This document shows positions 49,693 through 62,629 of a stretch of 64,000 bases of DNA, piece by piece. Below the pieces are notes generated by a model. It ran no database searches. It saw only the letters and a list, made by a program, of their open reading frames with translations, and was not told the origin of the DNA. Position 1 is the stretch's first letter. Each line of letters starts with the position of its first letter. The stretch comes from Octopus sinensis. Lineage: Eukaryota. The position numbers and the translations under genes were made by a program. The DNA lies in the NCBI RefSeq assembly GCF_006345805.1, contig NC_043024.1, positions 17,174,001 through 17,238,000 on the forward strand. Reading direction: 5' to 3'.

Positions 49693-50176
49693 CTATTTCT
49701 TTACTACCCACAAGGCGCTAAACACAGCGGGGACAAACAAGGACAGACAAATGAATTAAGTCGATTACATTGACCCCAGTGCGTAACTGGTACTCAATTT
49801 ATCGACCCTGAAATGATGAAAGGCAAAGTTGACCTCGGCGGAATTTGAACTTAGAACGTAAAGGCAGACAAAATATGGCTACGCATTTCGCCCGGCGTGT
49901 TAACGTTTCTGCCAGCTCGCCGCCTTTAGTATGAGTAAAATACCTATTTCTTTATTACCCACAAGGGGCTAAAGGCAGAGGGGACAAACAAGGACAGACA
50001 TAGGTATTAGGTCGATTACATCGACCCCAGTACGTAACTGGTACTTAATTTATCGACCCCGAAAGGATGAAAGGCAAAGTCGACCTCGGCGGAATTTGAA
50101 CTCAGAACGTTAACGACAGACGAAATACGGCTACGCATTTTGCCCGGCGTGCTAACGTTTCTGCCAGCTCGCCGCC
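49693..50176 (-). mobile_element. Two young CpG-rich SINE-A (tail-1) copies nested in an older SINE-A
   Basis: Copies at 49693-49926 and 49944-50176; target atgagtaaaatac repeated at 49680, 49931, 50178 and 50199. Confidence 0.9.
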
Positions 50177-50805
50177 TATGAGTAAAATACTCATTAGTAT
50201 GAGTAAAATACCATTAAGCATTTCATCCAGCACATGCACGATAATAATAATAATAATAATGATGATGATGATGATGATGATAATTCTTTTTTACATAGGA
50301 ACAGGGTCACATAGTTCATAAGAGAAGAACAATCAATTATATTATATTGACTCTAGATTTTCAGTAGTACTGCACTTTGTCAACCCTGAAAGGATGACAG
50401 ATAAAGATGACCTTGGTTGATTTTGAACTCAGGATGTAAAAAGCCAAATCCAATAATGCCTAACATTTCCCCCCAATAATAAGAAAATATATATAAAGCG
50501 GTAAATAAATATATTTCTTTTAAAGTTTATTGCTGTCAGCTGTTTTTTCTATCTCCCATTCCTTTCATTATACATATGTAAACATGTGTGTGTGTACATG
50601 TGTCTGCTTATGTAAGTATATGTATGCATAAATATATCTGTGTGAGTGTATTTGCACATGACCAACAACAGATATCTCTTCTGATATTTGTCTGGAGATA
50701 TATATATATAATAAACTTAGATAAACTCTCACACATACACACACACACACACACACGCATATACATACATATAGGCGAAAAAGGAAAAAATTACCATCTT
50801 GAAAT

Positions 50806-50839
<34 letters not shown>

Positions 50840-51124
50840 ATATATTAATATGCATATATATATACATAAATAAATACACCCACACACACATATATCGGTT
50901 TTTACTTCCTTTACAAATCAGGGTACACTAATGTCATCTACATCTGGTCTTTATATATGTATATTGTGAGAATCTAGAGTGAATCATTATCTTTTACTGT
51001 CCATTTCCCATCATGGTATGGGTTGCTCTCTCTCTCTCTCTCTCTTTATAAGCAAATTTGTTTTTGAAAATGCACCTAAATATGAAAAACTTGTAATTGT
51101 TTAAAATAAATTTATTTACTTATA

Positions 51125-52370
51125 TACCGAACTAGTTTCAACAATACTTTTTGTTTATCGATGGTAAAAATTTAGAATTATGAATTAGAAAAACATGTTT
51201 CAAATTTTCAATGTTGACAAATTTAAATGTTCATAAAAAGACAAATTTAGAATTATGAATTAGAAAAACATGTTAAAAAATTTCGGTGTTGTCAAGTTTA
51301 AATGTTCATAACAGTCAATAATATTAAAACTGTGCATCAATTTGTTTGAATGTACAAAGCTCATTAGTGTTAGTGGTGATTGACAAGAAATGAATATCCT
51401 CAAAGTTTCAGTCATACTGAGTTAAGAGGGAAAAAACAAGGGAAAAAGGAAGATAGTAAAAAAAAGGGATTTGGTTTACAATTTCTCTGATCCTCATTCC
51501 GTTGTATGTAGGAACTTTCGCTTGTAACTGTGTGTTTTGGAATCCGGTCTATTCATAATTTTTTCAACAAGTGGATCTGATTTTTGGTTTGTTAAAATAC
51601 TGGTGACGTCTTGTTTTTCCGGGCTTCCCTGTGGAGAATGGTTATCTGTCATTCCAGTTGGTTGATTTTCTTAAAGGGTCATTTTGTTGTATTTGCTGAA
51701 GTTCAGTTTTGATTGGTCTAGAGTTAGGTGATGTCAGCAACTGGTGTTTGTAAAATTTTATTGGGCTAGAAATAGGTGACATCGGCAACTGATGTTCATA
51801 TGGTGTTATTGTATGGCGATTTGGAGTTGTGGTTTCAAAACCTAGGTAGAAGACTGTTACTAAAGTTTTAAAATTGTTTGTTGTTCCTGGTTGTATTTTT
51901 GTGGAGAAATTGAGTCTTTTTTCCCTTTTTCTCTTTAGTATTTCTTTCTTCTTTCTAAAGGTTATTGAGCTGTGGTTTATATTTTTTAATGAGTATGCTT
52001 TCCCGATTTAAACAGAATTGGGTTGAAGTGTTTCCGGTGCATTAATAGAGAGGGAAGGTTTGATACTTCAGGTTTATGCTTTCAGGGCATTGGTCTAGGT
52101 ATTTGCTTACAGGAATTTTCATAGTCCTGGAATTGTTGCCTGTGCACTGTTAATCTGTCCCTCAAGGTTAAACTAGTTTGATCTATGTAGTTTCCACTAC
52201 ACCCTCCACATTTGAGAACGTAGATTAAGTTCCTCGAAGCACAGGTGAAATGATTTCTTATGGTAAAAGTTTGACCTGACTTAAATTTGTATGTTGGGCC
52301 AGATACATGTTTTTCTAATTCATAATTCTTAATTTTTACCATTGATAAACAAAAAGTATTGTTGAAACTT
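51125..52370 (-). mobile_element. Penelope-like element fragment: GIY-YIG endonuclease 3' part with inverted terminal segments
   Basis: FTCASRNLIYVLKCGGCSGNYIDQTSLTLRDRLTVHRQQ (52082-52342) and downstream RESILIKKYKPQLNNL-stop; 51133-51200 is the reverse complement of 52303-52370. Confidence 0.8.
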
Positions 52371-53130
52371 GCCTATATTTTTTCCTGCATGGAAATACAC
52401 CCCCTCTTTTGTTATATATATATATACATGGATGGGTGGATTAAACTGTTTTGATCCATATATGTAACTCACAATAAATTTGTTGAGTGCCCCTCTTTCA
52501 TTTGTCCACTCACTCGTATATATATATGTGTGTTTGTGTGTATGTGTGTATTATTTTGAATTATTTAATAACAGCTGGATTTGTTTCCATGCAAGTTTTC
52601 TAAGCTTGTTAGATGAACCTAACTCATCAGCCTTGCAGAACTGAATGAAGGGAAGTCCAAGATAGTTTCTGGGTACTGGACTACTGCTGGTGACTCGAGG
52701 TGACATGGTGTTGCCAGTTTGGCAGTAACATCATTACCATTCAGGATTAGTCAAATCATGAGCTGGGACAGGATTTTGGTGGTGACACTTTGTCTCAAGA
52801 AAAAGGGTTGGTTTGCTAGGGACAGCAGCACATTGACATGTATGTGTGTGCATGCATGTACGTGTATGCTTAGTGTGTAAGTACGTGTGTCTGTTATGTG
52901 TGTGTGCATGTATGTGAGAGTTTGTGCATGTGTATGCAAAACTTTGCATGTATTAGCAACATCAGTTTGTTGGTGTATGTTTACGTGTGTATACCTAATG
53001 AGCACAGTTATTAGTTAATCTGATTACTTAATATCTTGCATGAAACCGATTGGTAAATTCTGCTCTATAATACTGTATACTTTGATTAATATATAAACCA
53101 TGTAATTTGCACCATTGGTGACGTCCTCTA

Positions 53131-53182
<52 letters not shown>

Positions 53183-53226
53183 TATTTAATTGAACACGAC
53201 GCACTCATTTCCAAGTAAGTATGCAC

Positions 53227-53273
<47 letters not shown>

Positions 53274-53369
53274 GTATGTATGTATGTATTTGTTTTTTCA
53301 TATAATATTCATTTTCCCATGTCCTCTTAAGTTTGATTTCTTTGTGCAATATTCCATGGCCAAACACCC

Positions 53370-53645
53370 TTGATACTCTCCCTACTACCAAGTTACAGGG
53401 ATGTAAACACACCAGCACTGGTTGTCAAGTGGTAGTGGGGAACAAACACAAAAACAAACGCATACTCACACACACACACACATATATACATGGTGGGCTT
53501 CTTTCAGTTTCCATCAATCAAATCCACTCACAGTGCTTTAGTTGGTCAAAGGCTAGAGTAGAAGACACTTGCCCAACATGCCACGCAGTGGGAATGAACC
53601 TGAAACCATGTGAATGGGGAGCAAACTTCTTACCACATGACCATG
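53370..53645 (-). mobile_element. SINE-B (tail missing)
   Basis: Head and body recognisable. Confidence 0.75.
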
Positions 53646-53670
53646 CCTGAGCTTAGATATGGGATAAAGG

Positions 53671-53996
53671 ATAAAGACACCTTTCGGTCATGAATGATCA
53701 AGGGATTGCCCCTTGAATGTTCTCTTTGAAGGCACAAGTCCAGGCAAGATTGTTTTATGGAAGACCAGCAGTCATCCATGCATGCAATCCTCCCCTCTTC
53801 GTGTCACGAATGTTATCCAAGGGAAAGTCAAAGGCAAAGGCTGATACATCACAACTCATTTCTACAGATGAGTAAACTAGGGCAATGTGAAATAAAGTAT
53901 CTTGCTTGAGAACACAACACCCAGCCTGATCTGGGAATCAAACTCACTACCTCATGATTGTGAGCCCAACACTATAACCACTGACTCATGTACATT
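53671..53996 (-). mobile_element. SINE-C (diverged)
   Basis: Reverse complement matches 47776-48106. Confidence 0.75.
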
Positions 53997-54136
53997 CATG
54001 TGCCCCCCTCTCTCTCTCTCATATATATATATTGGTAAAAACAGTAAGATAACAAAAGAAAGAAAGAGACCTCAATATTATGTAAATAGAGGAAATTTAT
54101 CTATACAATAATATGTGACATTTATTCGGTAGCCAA

Positions 54137-54197
54137 GATAAAACTCTGAGTTTCACATGCCGAGGTGGAAATCCACAACACCATCTCTTCGGTTATC
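54137..54197 (-). ncRNA. Degenerate hammerhead-like motif in a TA-flanked fragment
   Basis: GATAA-CCGAAGA-...-GAAAC-TCAGA-GTT-TTATC: 5-bp stem I and near-palindromic stem III; U4 is C and stem II is imperfect. Confidence 0.4.
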
Positions 54198-54289
54198 TGG
54201 CCATCTGAAAAACGCTATGAAAAAAGACCGTTATACAAAGGGAAATTACTGTGTTATAGTCTGCTACTTATATACTTATATACCCTAAC

Positions 54290-54770
54290 TGTGGAAGATG
54301 TAGGCCCGGGAAGACATGGGATGAGGTGGTGAAGCATGACCTTTGAACATTGGGCTTCACAGAAGCAATGACAAGAGGCTGAGGCCTTTGGAGATATGCT
54401 GTGATTGGGAAGACCCAGCAACTAAAGTGAGATCACAGCCACACATGTCCAGCCCAGTTACGAATACCCCTGATATGTCGGGTGATATGATGAGTCAAGT
54501 AAAACCCTGACTGGGTCCCATGCCAGTGGCAAGTATAAAGCACAATCCAATCATGGTCGATGCTTGGTCTGCCTGACTAGTTTCTGTGCCAGTGGCACAT
54601 AAAAAGCACCATCTGACTGGTCCCCGTGCCAGTGGTACGTAAAAAGAACCCACTACATTCTTGGAGTCGTTGGCATTAGGAAAGGCACCCATCTGTAGAA
54701 ACATTGCCAGATCAGATAGGAGCCTGGTGCCAGCATGGAAAACAGACGTTAAACTATGATGATGATGATA
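54290..54770 (+). mobile_element. RTE LINE ORF end plus 3' UTR and (GAT)n tail
   Basis: KTWDEVVKHDL..TLGFTEAMT..LWRYAV then RTE tail motifs. Confidence 0.8.
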
Positions 54771-55369
54771 TATATATGTGCATATGTATATATATATATA
54801 TATATATATGCACACACACTTATACACATATGCATCAGCAAAATCTTCTTCAAATCACACCCTCTTAAGACAATGTGAGATGGTCATGGCTGGAAGTACT
54901 TCAATCAAGTTGGATTGACACAGGGTTAAACAGTTATAAGAACAACTACAACAACCTGCATGTATGCTATATGGTCACCTAGCCTGTTAGAAATAGCAGC
55001 TAAATCTCCTTCAAATCACAGCCTCCTTTCTAAAATACAAAACTGAGTATATCTTGTAGTCCAAGATATACTTAGATAAGCTGGTTCTGCTTAAACAGCA
55101 CTGACCTGGCTCCAAACAACACAACAACAATAATAATGACAACAATATTGCAGATGCACTATTACATAGAAGCACTCTTACACACCTCTTCTCACCCCAG
55201 CACCCACCTTTCCATACTGTCACCACCACCACCACCACATACTCCACCAAACACCAATCTTAAAAGGTTCTGCTGCCACCTTATCTCTACCCCGCTCTGC
55301 CACCATCTCCACACCATGTTGCTTCATTTCTTGCAATCCATAAACATTATCAACATCTCTCCTCCTCCT

Positions 55370-55800
55370 CGTTTCTCCTCCTCCTCGTTTCTCCTCCTCC
55401 TTGTTTCTCCTCTTCCTACCTCTAGCATCCTCTTTCTCTCTGTCTCTCACCTTATTACTCCATACACTTTCGTTTCCTCTTCTCTCTCTTCCTCCTCTTC
55501 TCTCTCTTCCTCTTCTCACTATCCCTTCCTCCTCTTCTCTCTGCTTCCTCTTCTCTTTCTTCCTCTTCTCACTATCCCTTCCACCTCTTCTCTTTCTTCC
55601 TCTTCTCTCTCTTCCTCTTCTCACTATCCCTTCCTCCTCTTCTCTTTCTCATCTCTTCTCTCTCTCTTCCTCCTCTTCTTTTCTTCCTCTTCTTTTCTTC
55701 TTCCTAATCTCTCTCTTCCTCTTCTCTTTCTTCCTCTTCCTCCTCTTCTCTCTCTCTCTCTCCCATTCTTTTTATCCTTCTATGTTTCTCTCCACCCCTC
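55370..55800. repeat. CT-rich polypyrimidine low-complexity tract
   Basis: Seen directly; explains the 305-aa S/L/P/F ORF. Confidence 0.9.
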
Positions 55801-56089
55801 TCCATCCTCTTCACTCTATCATTTTCTCATCCATTTCTCACATGCATTTATTTTCTCACTTTTTCTTTCTCCATCAACAAAACTAACACCATTAAAACCA
55901 CCTTTCTCACCATCACCACCACCACCACCACTACCACCATTGCGCTACCACCACCACCACCATCTTCACCATCGCTCCCACCACCAAACCACTTTTGCTG
56001 CATTGGGAACATGCGGCACTGACCCCCTATGTCCACCGGGATTCTCGGATTAACTCAAATGAAAAAAATATATATATAAAAAGAGAAAA

Positions 56090-56257
56090 TACATATGCAT
56101 TTGCTTATTTATACATACATACATACACACACACACACATGCACACACATACAGATATATGTTCAATACACGCATGCATATGCACACACACATACCCCTA
56201 TACATGCATTCATATATGTGTGTGTGTGTTTGTGTATACACAATATATATATGTATG

Positions 56258-56288
<31 letters not shown>

Positions 56289-56770
56289 ATACATATATAT
56301 ATATATGTATGTATATACATATATGTATATATGTATGTATATACATATATATATGTATGTATATACATATATGTATATATGTATGTATATACATATATTT
56401 ATATGTATATGTATGTATATGATATACATACACAAACACATCAGCGTTGATGATGATAATATATACATACATGCACAACCCACTATTTATTCTCTCGTCT
56501 TCTTCCCACATAGCATAAAAAATGAAAAATAAGGAGAAAAAAACTGTTGATAAAGTAATATTATCAAGCATGTATGTGTGTGATATATATACACACACAC
56601 ACCCACATATATATATATGTGTATATATATGTATACATATATATATACATGTTTATATCATCATCATCATCATTGTTTAACGTCCATTCTCCATGGTATA
56701 TATATATATATATATATCTTTATATACACATATATATCTATATATATTTATATGTGTGTCTATATATATA
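56090..56770. repeat. Compound (TA)/(CA)/(TATG) microsatellite field
   Basis: Seen directly. Confidence 0.9.
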
Positions 56771-59044
56771 AAAACCTATAAAACTTGTAACAAAATAAAA
56801 ATAGGAATTGTTTATAAATACAATAATGCAGATAAAAAGCAATAAAAATAATAGTATTAATAATAATAATAATAGTTATAATAATAAAACCTAAATCATA
56901 ATTTGAGTTATCTAGAAGCTGCCAACGACATTTTACACTCTTCTGAGATTTGATCCGTGTTTGTTTTGTATGTTTGTGCTTGTGTTGTTGCCAAGTTGAA
57001 TGGCCGAGAGGTGTGCTGTTTGTTTTAACAGATTCATTCTTGCAGTACGCGTGGGATGTTTCACCTCATGTTTGTGTGTGTGTGTATGTTTATTTGTGTT
57101 TGTGTGCGTGTTTGCATAGGGTGTGTGAGGGGTAAAGAGCTCTTCTTGTTTTACTGTAGCCAAGTGGTTTGCCCAAGAGCTGTTTTGTTCAGCAGATCCA
57201 ATCGTGAAAACTTTCGAAAACAAACAATACAAAGAGAACTATAAATAAATAAATAAATGAGTAAAAAAATATTTAAAAAATTAGAAGCCCCAATGAAGCA
57301 ACCATCATGCACTCGTATTCCATAACATCAACTCCGCCTGAGATCTGGGAATTTTCCATATGCCTCATGCCCTCCATGTGGTTTCCCTGTCCAGGTGCCA
57401 AAATCTGTGATGTGGATATGTTTTTGTTGTTGTTGTTGAGACATTTTAGTCCAAATTTGTTTCTATTAATTTGTTGTTGTTGTTTGTATTTGTGTAGGTG
57501 CCACAAGATCAATCATTACCTAGCAAATGTCTGATCAAAACACATTCCAGTTGTGACCATCTCTTCTGCCAAGGATTACAATATCACATGCTGTCTTTTT
57601 TTTTTAAGGAGAATAGAATGTGATTTAAGAGTAATTTGGCAGATGTTTCTAGCAGAGTGAGTCAGTGTTTGCATTAAAGAGACAGAGTGTGTCTTTAACA
57701 GTTGGCTATTGTTGTTGTTGTTGTTGTCCTGCTCAGTCCTGATCCAGCAGGTCTTTGGATGAAATCAGCACAAGCAGCCCCCCCCCCTCCTTTCCCCTTT
57801 TTCTCCACACAACCACACATACCACAAGAACCAATCTATTGGAAGAAACAACATGGTTCTTGGCCATTCAACTTGGCAACAACACAAACATAACCACAGT
57901 ACAAGCACTACTACAACACAAAACAAACAAACATTCTACATACAAAGAAACCCTGATTCCTCACCATCACCACCACCACCACCACCACCACCACCACCAT
58001 CAACTGCTAGATGTCTTGGCAGCTTCTAGAAAATTCAAATTATGATATAGATTTTTTTTATTCTGTGGCGTTTTTTTTTCTGTTCATAATGTCTTTTAAA
58101 TAATGTCTTTTATTTTCATTTTGTAGTCATATATTTTTATATAAGCTCCAGCCATAACACCTCATCTGTTTTCCATAATAAAATAATGTTTTCTGGTCTG
58201 TAAAGAAGAAGCAACCGTGTTTTGGGGATAGGGATTTCTCTATGTTATTCACATGAAAATTCCAGGAGACACAACCACAAATCATGAAGACTAGCAGTTC
58301 TTGGGACTTTGGTGGTTTAATTGTATGTAGTCTATAAATAAGCTGTACAATTTCCTAGATTCATACTATTTATATAAATGTGTAATATGCACTTTTTATT
58401 ATAACAAAACATGTGATTTCCACCATGTTGATTTTACAGCCAGTATAATTTTACATCCTACACTAGTAATGTTCAGAGGCCAGTTTAGAATTTGTTATTG
58501 GTTTGTTTTAGAAACTTGATATTTTTTCAGTATATTTTATACAGCAATTATAATAAATCAGGCCAGATATTTTCTTTCTACACATCATAACTCTAATGAT
58601 AAATCAGTATGTATTATACATGAAAGTCATGTCCCCTTTCATTTCCACTGACCAATGGTTACAGAAATCTTATGATGTTTCTTCCTTCTTGTGAATAAAA
58701 TAGATGCACACTGAAAATTAAATATGATAATTGATTAGTGCATTATTATTTTAAGTAATTAATCTTTTGTACACTCATTAATTTATTGTGCACATTAATT
58801 TCTTTTGTGCATTGACTGCAAAATATTGGATTCATGCATCCATGCACACAGCTTAGAGATAATGGGACACAAGAGAGTTTTGTCAAGGATTTCATGGTCC
58901 ATAATTATGGACACACTCTGCATGAATGTATTTGATATTGTGGATGTATATTATATGTGTGTATTATAAGGGTGTATATTATATAGGAACATGTATTTAC
59001 ACATGAATATATATTATAAGGAGACATTATGTATGTATTTAATA

Positions 59045-59346
59045 TGTGAATGTGCATGGCTTACAATTGTGAAGTTGCGAGTTCAATTCCCAGACCAGGT
59101 TGTCTGTTGTGTTCTTGAGCAAGACACTTCATTTCACATTGCTGTAGAAATTACTTGTGATGTCACAGGTGCCAAGCTGTATCAGCCTTTGCCTTTCCCT
59201 TGGACATAACATCAATGGTGTGGAGAGGGAGGCTGGTATGCATGGATAACTGCTGGCCTTCCACAAACAACCTTGCCCAAATTTGTACCTGAGAGGGGCA
59301 CTTTCTTGGTGCAATCTCATGGTCATTCATAACCAAAGGGGGTCTT
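59045..59346 (+). mobile_element. SINE-C (diverged)
   Basis: gagttcaattcccagacc..gttcttgagcaagacac..ggtgccaagctgtatc. Confidence 0.8.
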
Positions 59347-59486
59347 AGATTATATGTGAATGAGTGTATATAATTTATTTTCTTTACTCATGTATATGCA
59401 TACATATATATATATATGGCCACAGCTCGTGAGCTGAAACTAGATAAAATAAAATAAAATATATATATATATTAGATAAAAACCAA

Positions 59487-59721
59487 CTTTTATCAATTCA
59501 ATAATGAAAAATTAAATTATACCATTTAGAAAAATTACATATTATAGAAAGATTAAATATAAGATAAACTATATAACAATGATTACCAAATATATGTTTT
59601 ATTTACTATTTTGCACATTACTTAATCATTGTTATATGTTTTATCTTATATTTAATCTTTCTATAATATGTAATTTTTCTAAATGGTATAATTTAATTTT
59701 TCATTATTGAATTGATAAAAG
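59487..59721. repeat. AT-rich inverted repeat, ~99-bp arms and a 37-nt spacer
   Basis: 59487-59585 versus 59623-59721. Confidence 0.9.
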
Positions 59722-59840
59722 GTGTTATTTTTCTTCTAATTTACATATATATATATATATTATATTTTGTGAAATTTGATTTAGCATTTCTAAGTTGGAT
59801 TTTTCCCTGTAAGTTTGGAATAATATTCCCTCATTATTAT

Positions 59841-59907
<67 letters not shown>

Positions 59908-60372
59908 CAGAGACCATGAAGTAATTGTTGATAATAATCTAAGCTGGAGTTCCCACAAGATGTACTCCTGGATTATAAGAACTTTCTGGTCTAGACATGC
60001 TCATACCATCATCCTTCTCTACTCTACATTTGCCCGACTCCCACCTTAAATACTTCATTATTTATCTCGATCAAGCAATTTACTAATGCAAATCACTCAA
60101 CATGCAGACTGAATTATATATAAAGTTACAAGGTTTATTAAGTTCTTTCAGAGTTGCCTCTCTTAGGTACATCTCATTGACAAGGGTCAACAAACTTGAA
60201 ATGTTGATGAATGAGATTTTTAACAGATGGCAACACTGAATGAACTGGTGTTTTCACACCATTTTACCATAAGAGAGATTTTTTTCTCCATGGTAACTGC
60301 AGTTTATTTGCCTTTAGCAGCTGAAATATATGACAAATGTATTTCAACTAACCAAAATTGTGCTCAATATAC

Positions 60373-60435
<63 letters not shown>

Positions 60436-60596
60436 GTAGGTCCCGGGTTGAGTCGGGGTTAACCACAGTAAATAAGGTACTCAATACATAGCAGAGTAAA
60501 TTAATTTATTCTAGTCCTGTAGAAGCTCCTTCTATAAAATAAATATATATATATATATACATACACACACACACTAGCATACACATATATATTAGA

Positions 60597-61025
60597 TGGT
60601 GGGAGATAAACACAGACACACAAACATATATATGCGACAGGCTTCTTTCAGTTTCCACCTACCAAATCTATTCACAAGGCTTTGGTTGGTCTGAGGCTAT
60701 AATAGAAGACACTTTCCCAAGATGCCATGCAGTGGGATTCAACCTGGAACAAAAGTGGCTGGGAAGCATGCTCCTTATTTCTTTACTACCCACAAGGGGC
60801 TAAACATAGAGGGGAGAAACAAGGACAGACAAAGGGATTAAGTTGATTATATTGACCCCAGTGCATAACTGGTACTTAATTTATCGACCCTGAATGGATA
60901 AATGGCAAAGTCGACCTTGGTGGAATTTGAACTCAGAACGTAACAGCAGATGAAATACTGCTAAGCATTTCACCCAGCGTGCTAACATTTCTGCCAGCTT
61001 CTTACCACACAGCTATGCCTGCGCC
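60597..61025 (-). mobile_element. SINE-B interrupted by a SINE-A (tail-1) at about 60775-60998
   Basis: SINE-B head gggaagc..cttcttaccacacagc is split around the SINE-A. Confidence 0.8.
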
Positions 61026-61736
61026 TGTACATGAGCATGTATCCTATATTTGGGTGTTCATTATAGATGAGTGTGCACATTATTAAACACAAAAACAGAT
61101 TGGGACATTTGAAAGTTAAATGATTGATCAAGGGTGCTGTCCTTAACAGATGATAAATGAATTAAGAACAACTGAGATGTATGGGATCCTTCAACAGAGT
61201 GTGAACAAGTTTAGGCAGACTGGGATTTCTTTTATCCTTTTATTTGTTTCAGTCATTAGACCGTGCCCATGCTGGAGAGCTGTCCAAACTCCAGTTGCCT
61301 GTTTTCGCATGGTCCCTATGGCTGGGTGCCCTTCTTAACACCAACCACTTTACAGAGTGTACTGGATGCTTTTACACAGCCTGACAGGGGTGCATTTACA
61401 AGGTACTCACAGGAATGCGTTTTACATATGAAACTCTAAATACTGGCCATCACCTTTGGAAAATAAGCGATTGACCAGCAACTTTGGCTGATGTCCTTGA
61501 CAGATGTTTCTCTAGCTGATCGTTTTGACTTAATAATCTGTCAAGTCATCCACCCGTCCATCTGTTTGCTCGGCAGATTTGATAAGGAAGGTGAGTTAAA
61601 ATACCTGATGAGGAAATTTTGTTAACGTGACTGAGAATAAAATTCCATTACAGTAACAGTTCCACTAACACAATCAAGAAACAATGAAATATTTGTGAAG
61701 AATTTGCTGAAAGAGGAAGTAAAAGAATGTGTGTAT

Positions 61737-61772
<36 letters not shown>

Positions 61773-61800
61773 TGTGTGTGTGTGTGAGGGAGGGGAAGAG

Positions 61801-61837
<37 letters not shown>

Positions 61838-61859
61838 AGACAACAAATCAATTTCTGTA

Positions 61860-61884
61860 ATCATTGTTGTTGCTATTATTATTA

Positions 61885-61915
<31 letters not shown>

Positions 61916-61917
61916 CA

Positions 61918-61979
<62 letters not shown>

Positions 61980-62010
61980 ATCTTCATTATTATTATAATC
62001 TTTATTATTG
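61860..62010. repeat. (TAT/CAT)n tract
   Basis: Seen directly. Confidence 0.9.
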
Positions 62011-62356
62011 TTATTATTATTAGTAGCAATAAAATAAATTGCTTTTACTTATGTTTGTACCATCCTTTCAGCAAAATTGACATAAACACATATACATGCA
62101 CATATAAATATGCATATACACAAATTTGTCCTAAAAGACGCATCTGTATATATATGCTTATCTTAATGTGTTTATTTAATCATATATAATATATACATAC
62201 ACATATGCATATGAATGTATATTCATATAACATACATATATATCTATCTATATATATATATTCATAAATATATTCCCATATATATATACACACACACACA
62301 TATATATATATACATCTATTCATGTATATTTTCCTGTATGGGTGTGTGTGTGTACA

Positions 62357-62408
<52 letters not shown>

Positions 62409-62629
62409 ATATATGTATATATATACTCTCAATGCGATAATTGGTTCATTGGTAAATTTACTTCCCTCTAGAACCTTCGTCCCATCCTTTCCCTCTTCTC
62501 ATCTCGTTCCTTACTCTCTCCTTCTTCTTCAAATCTCAGAATGCTTGTGGCAAATTCTTCTGACAGAATTAACTTCTATTTCCTGCCTCCTTAGACTTTC
62601 CTCACCAACTTCTTCTGGCTTGTATTGTT

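Noticed and set aside
55136-56053. Longest ORF in the track (305 aa), and similar ORFs such as 9709-10386, 18587-19051 and 56050-56598
   Set aside because: Translations of CT-rich, (TA/CA)n or triplet repeats; no domain-like content
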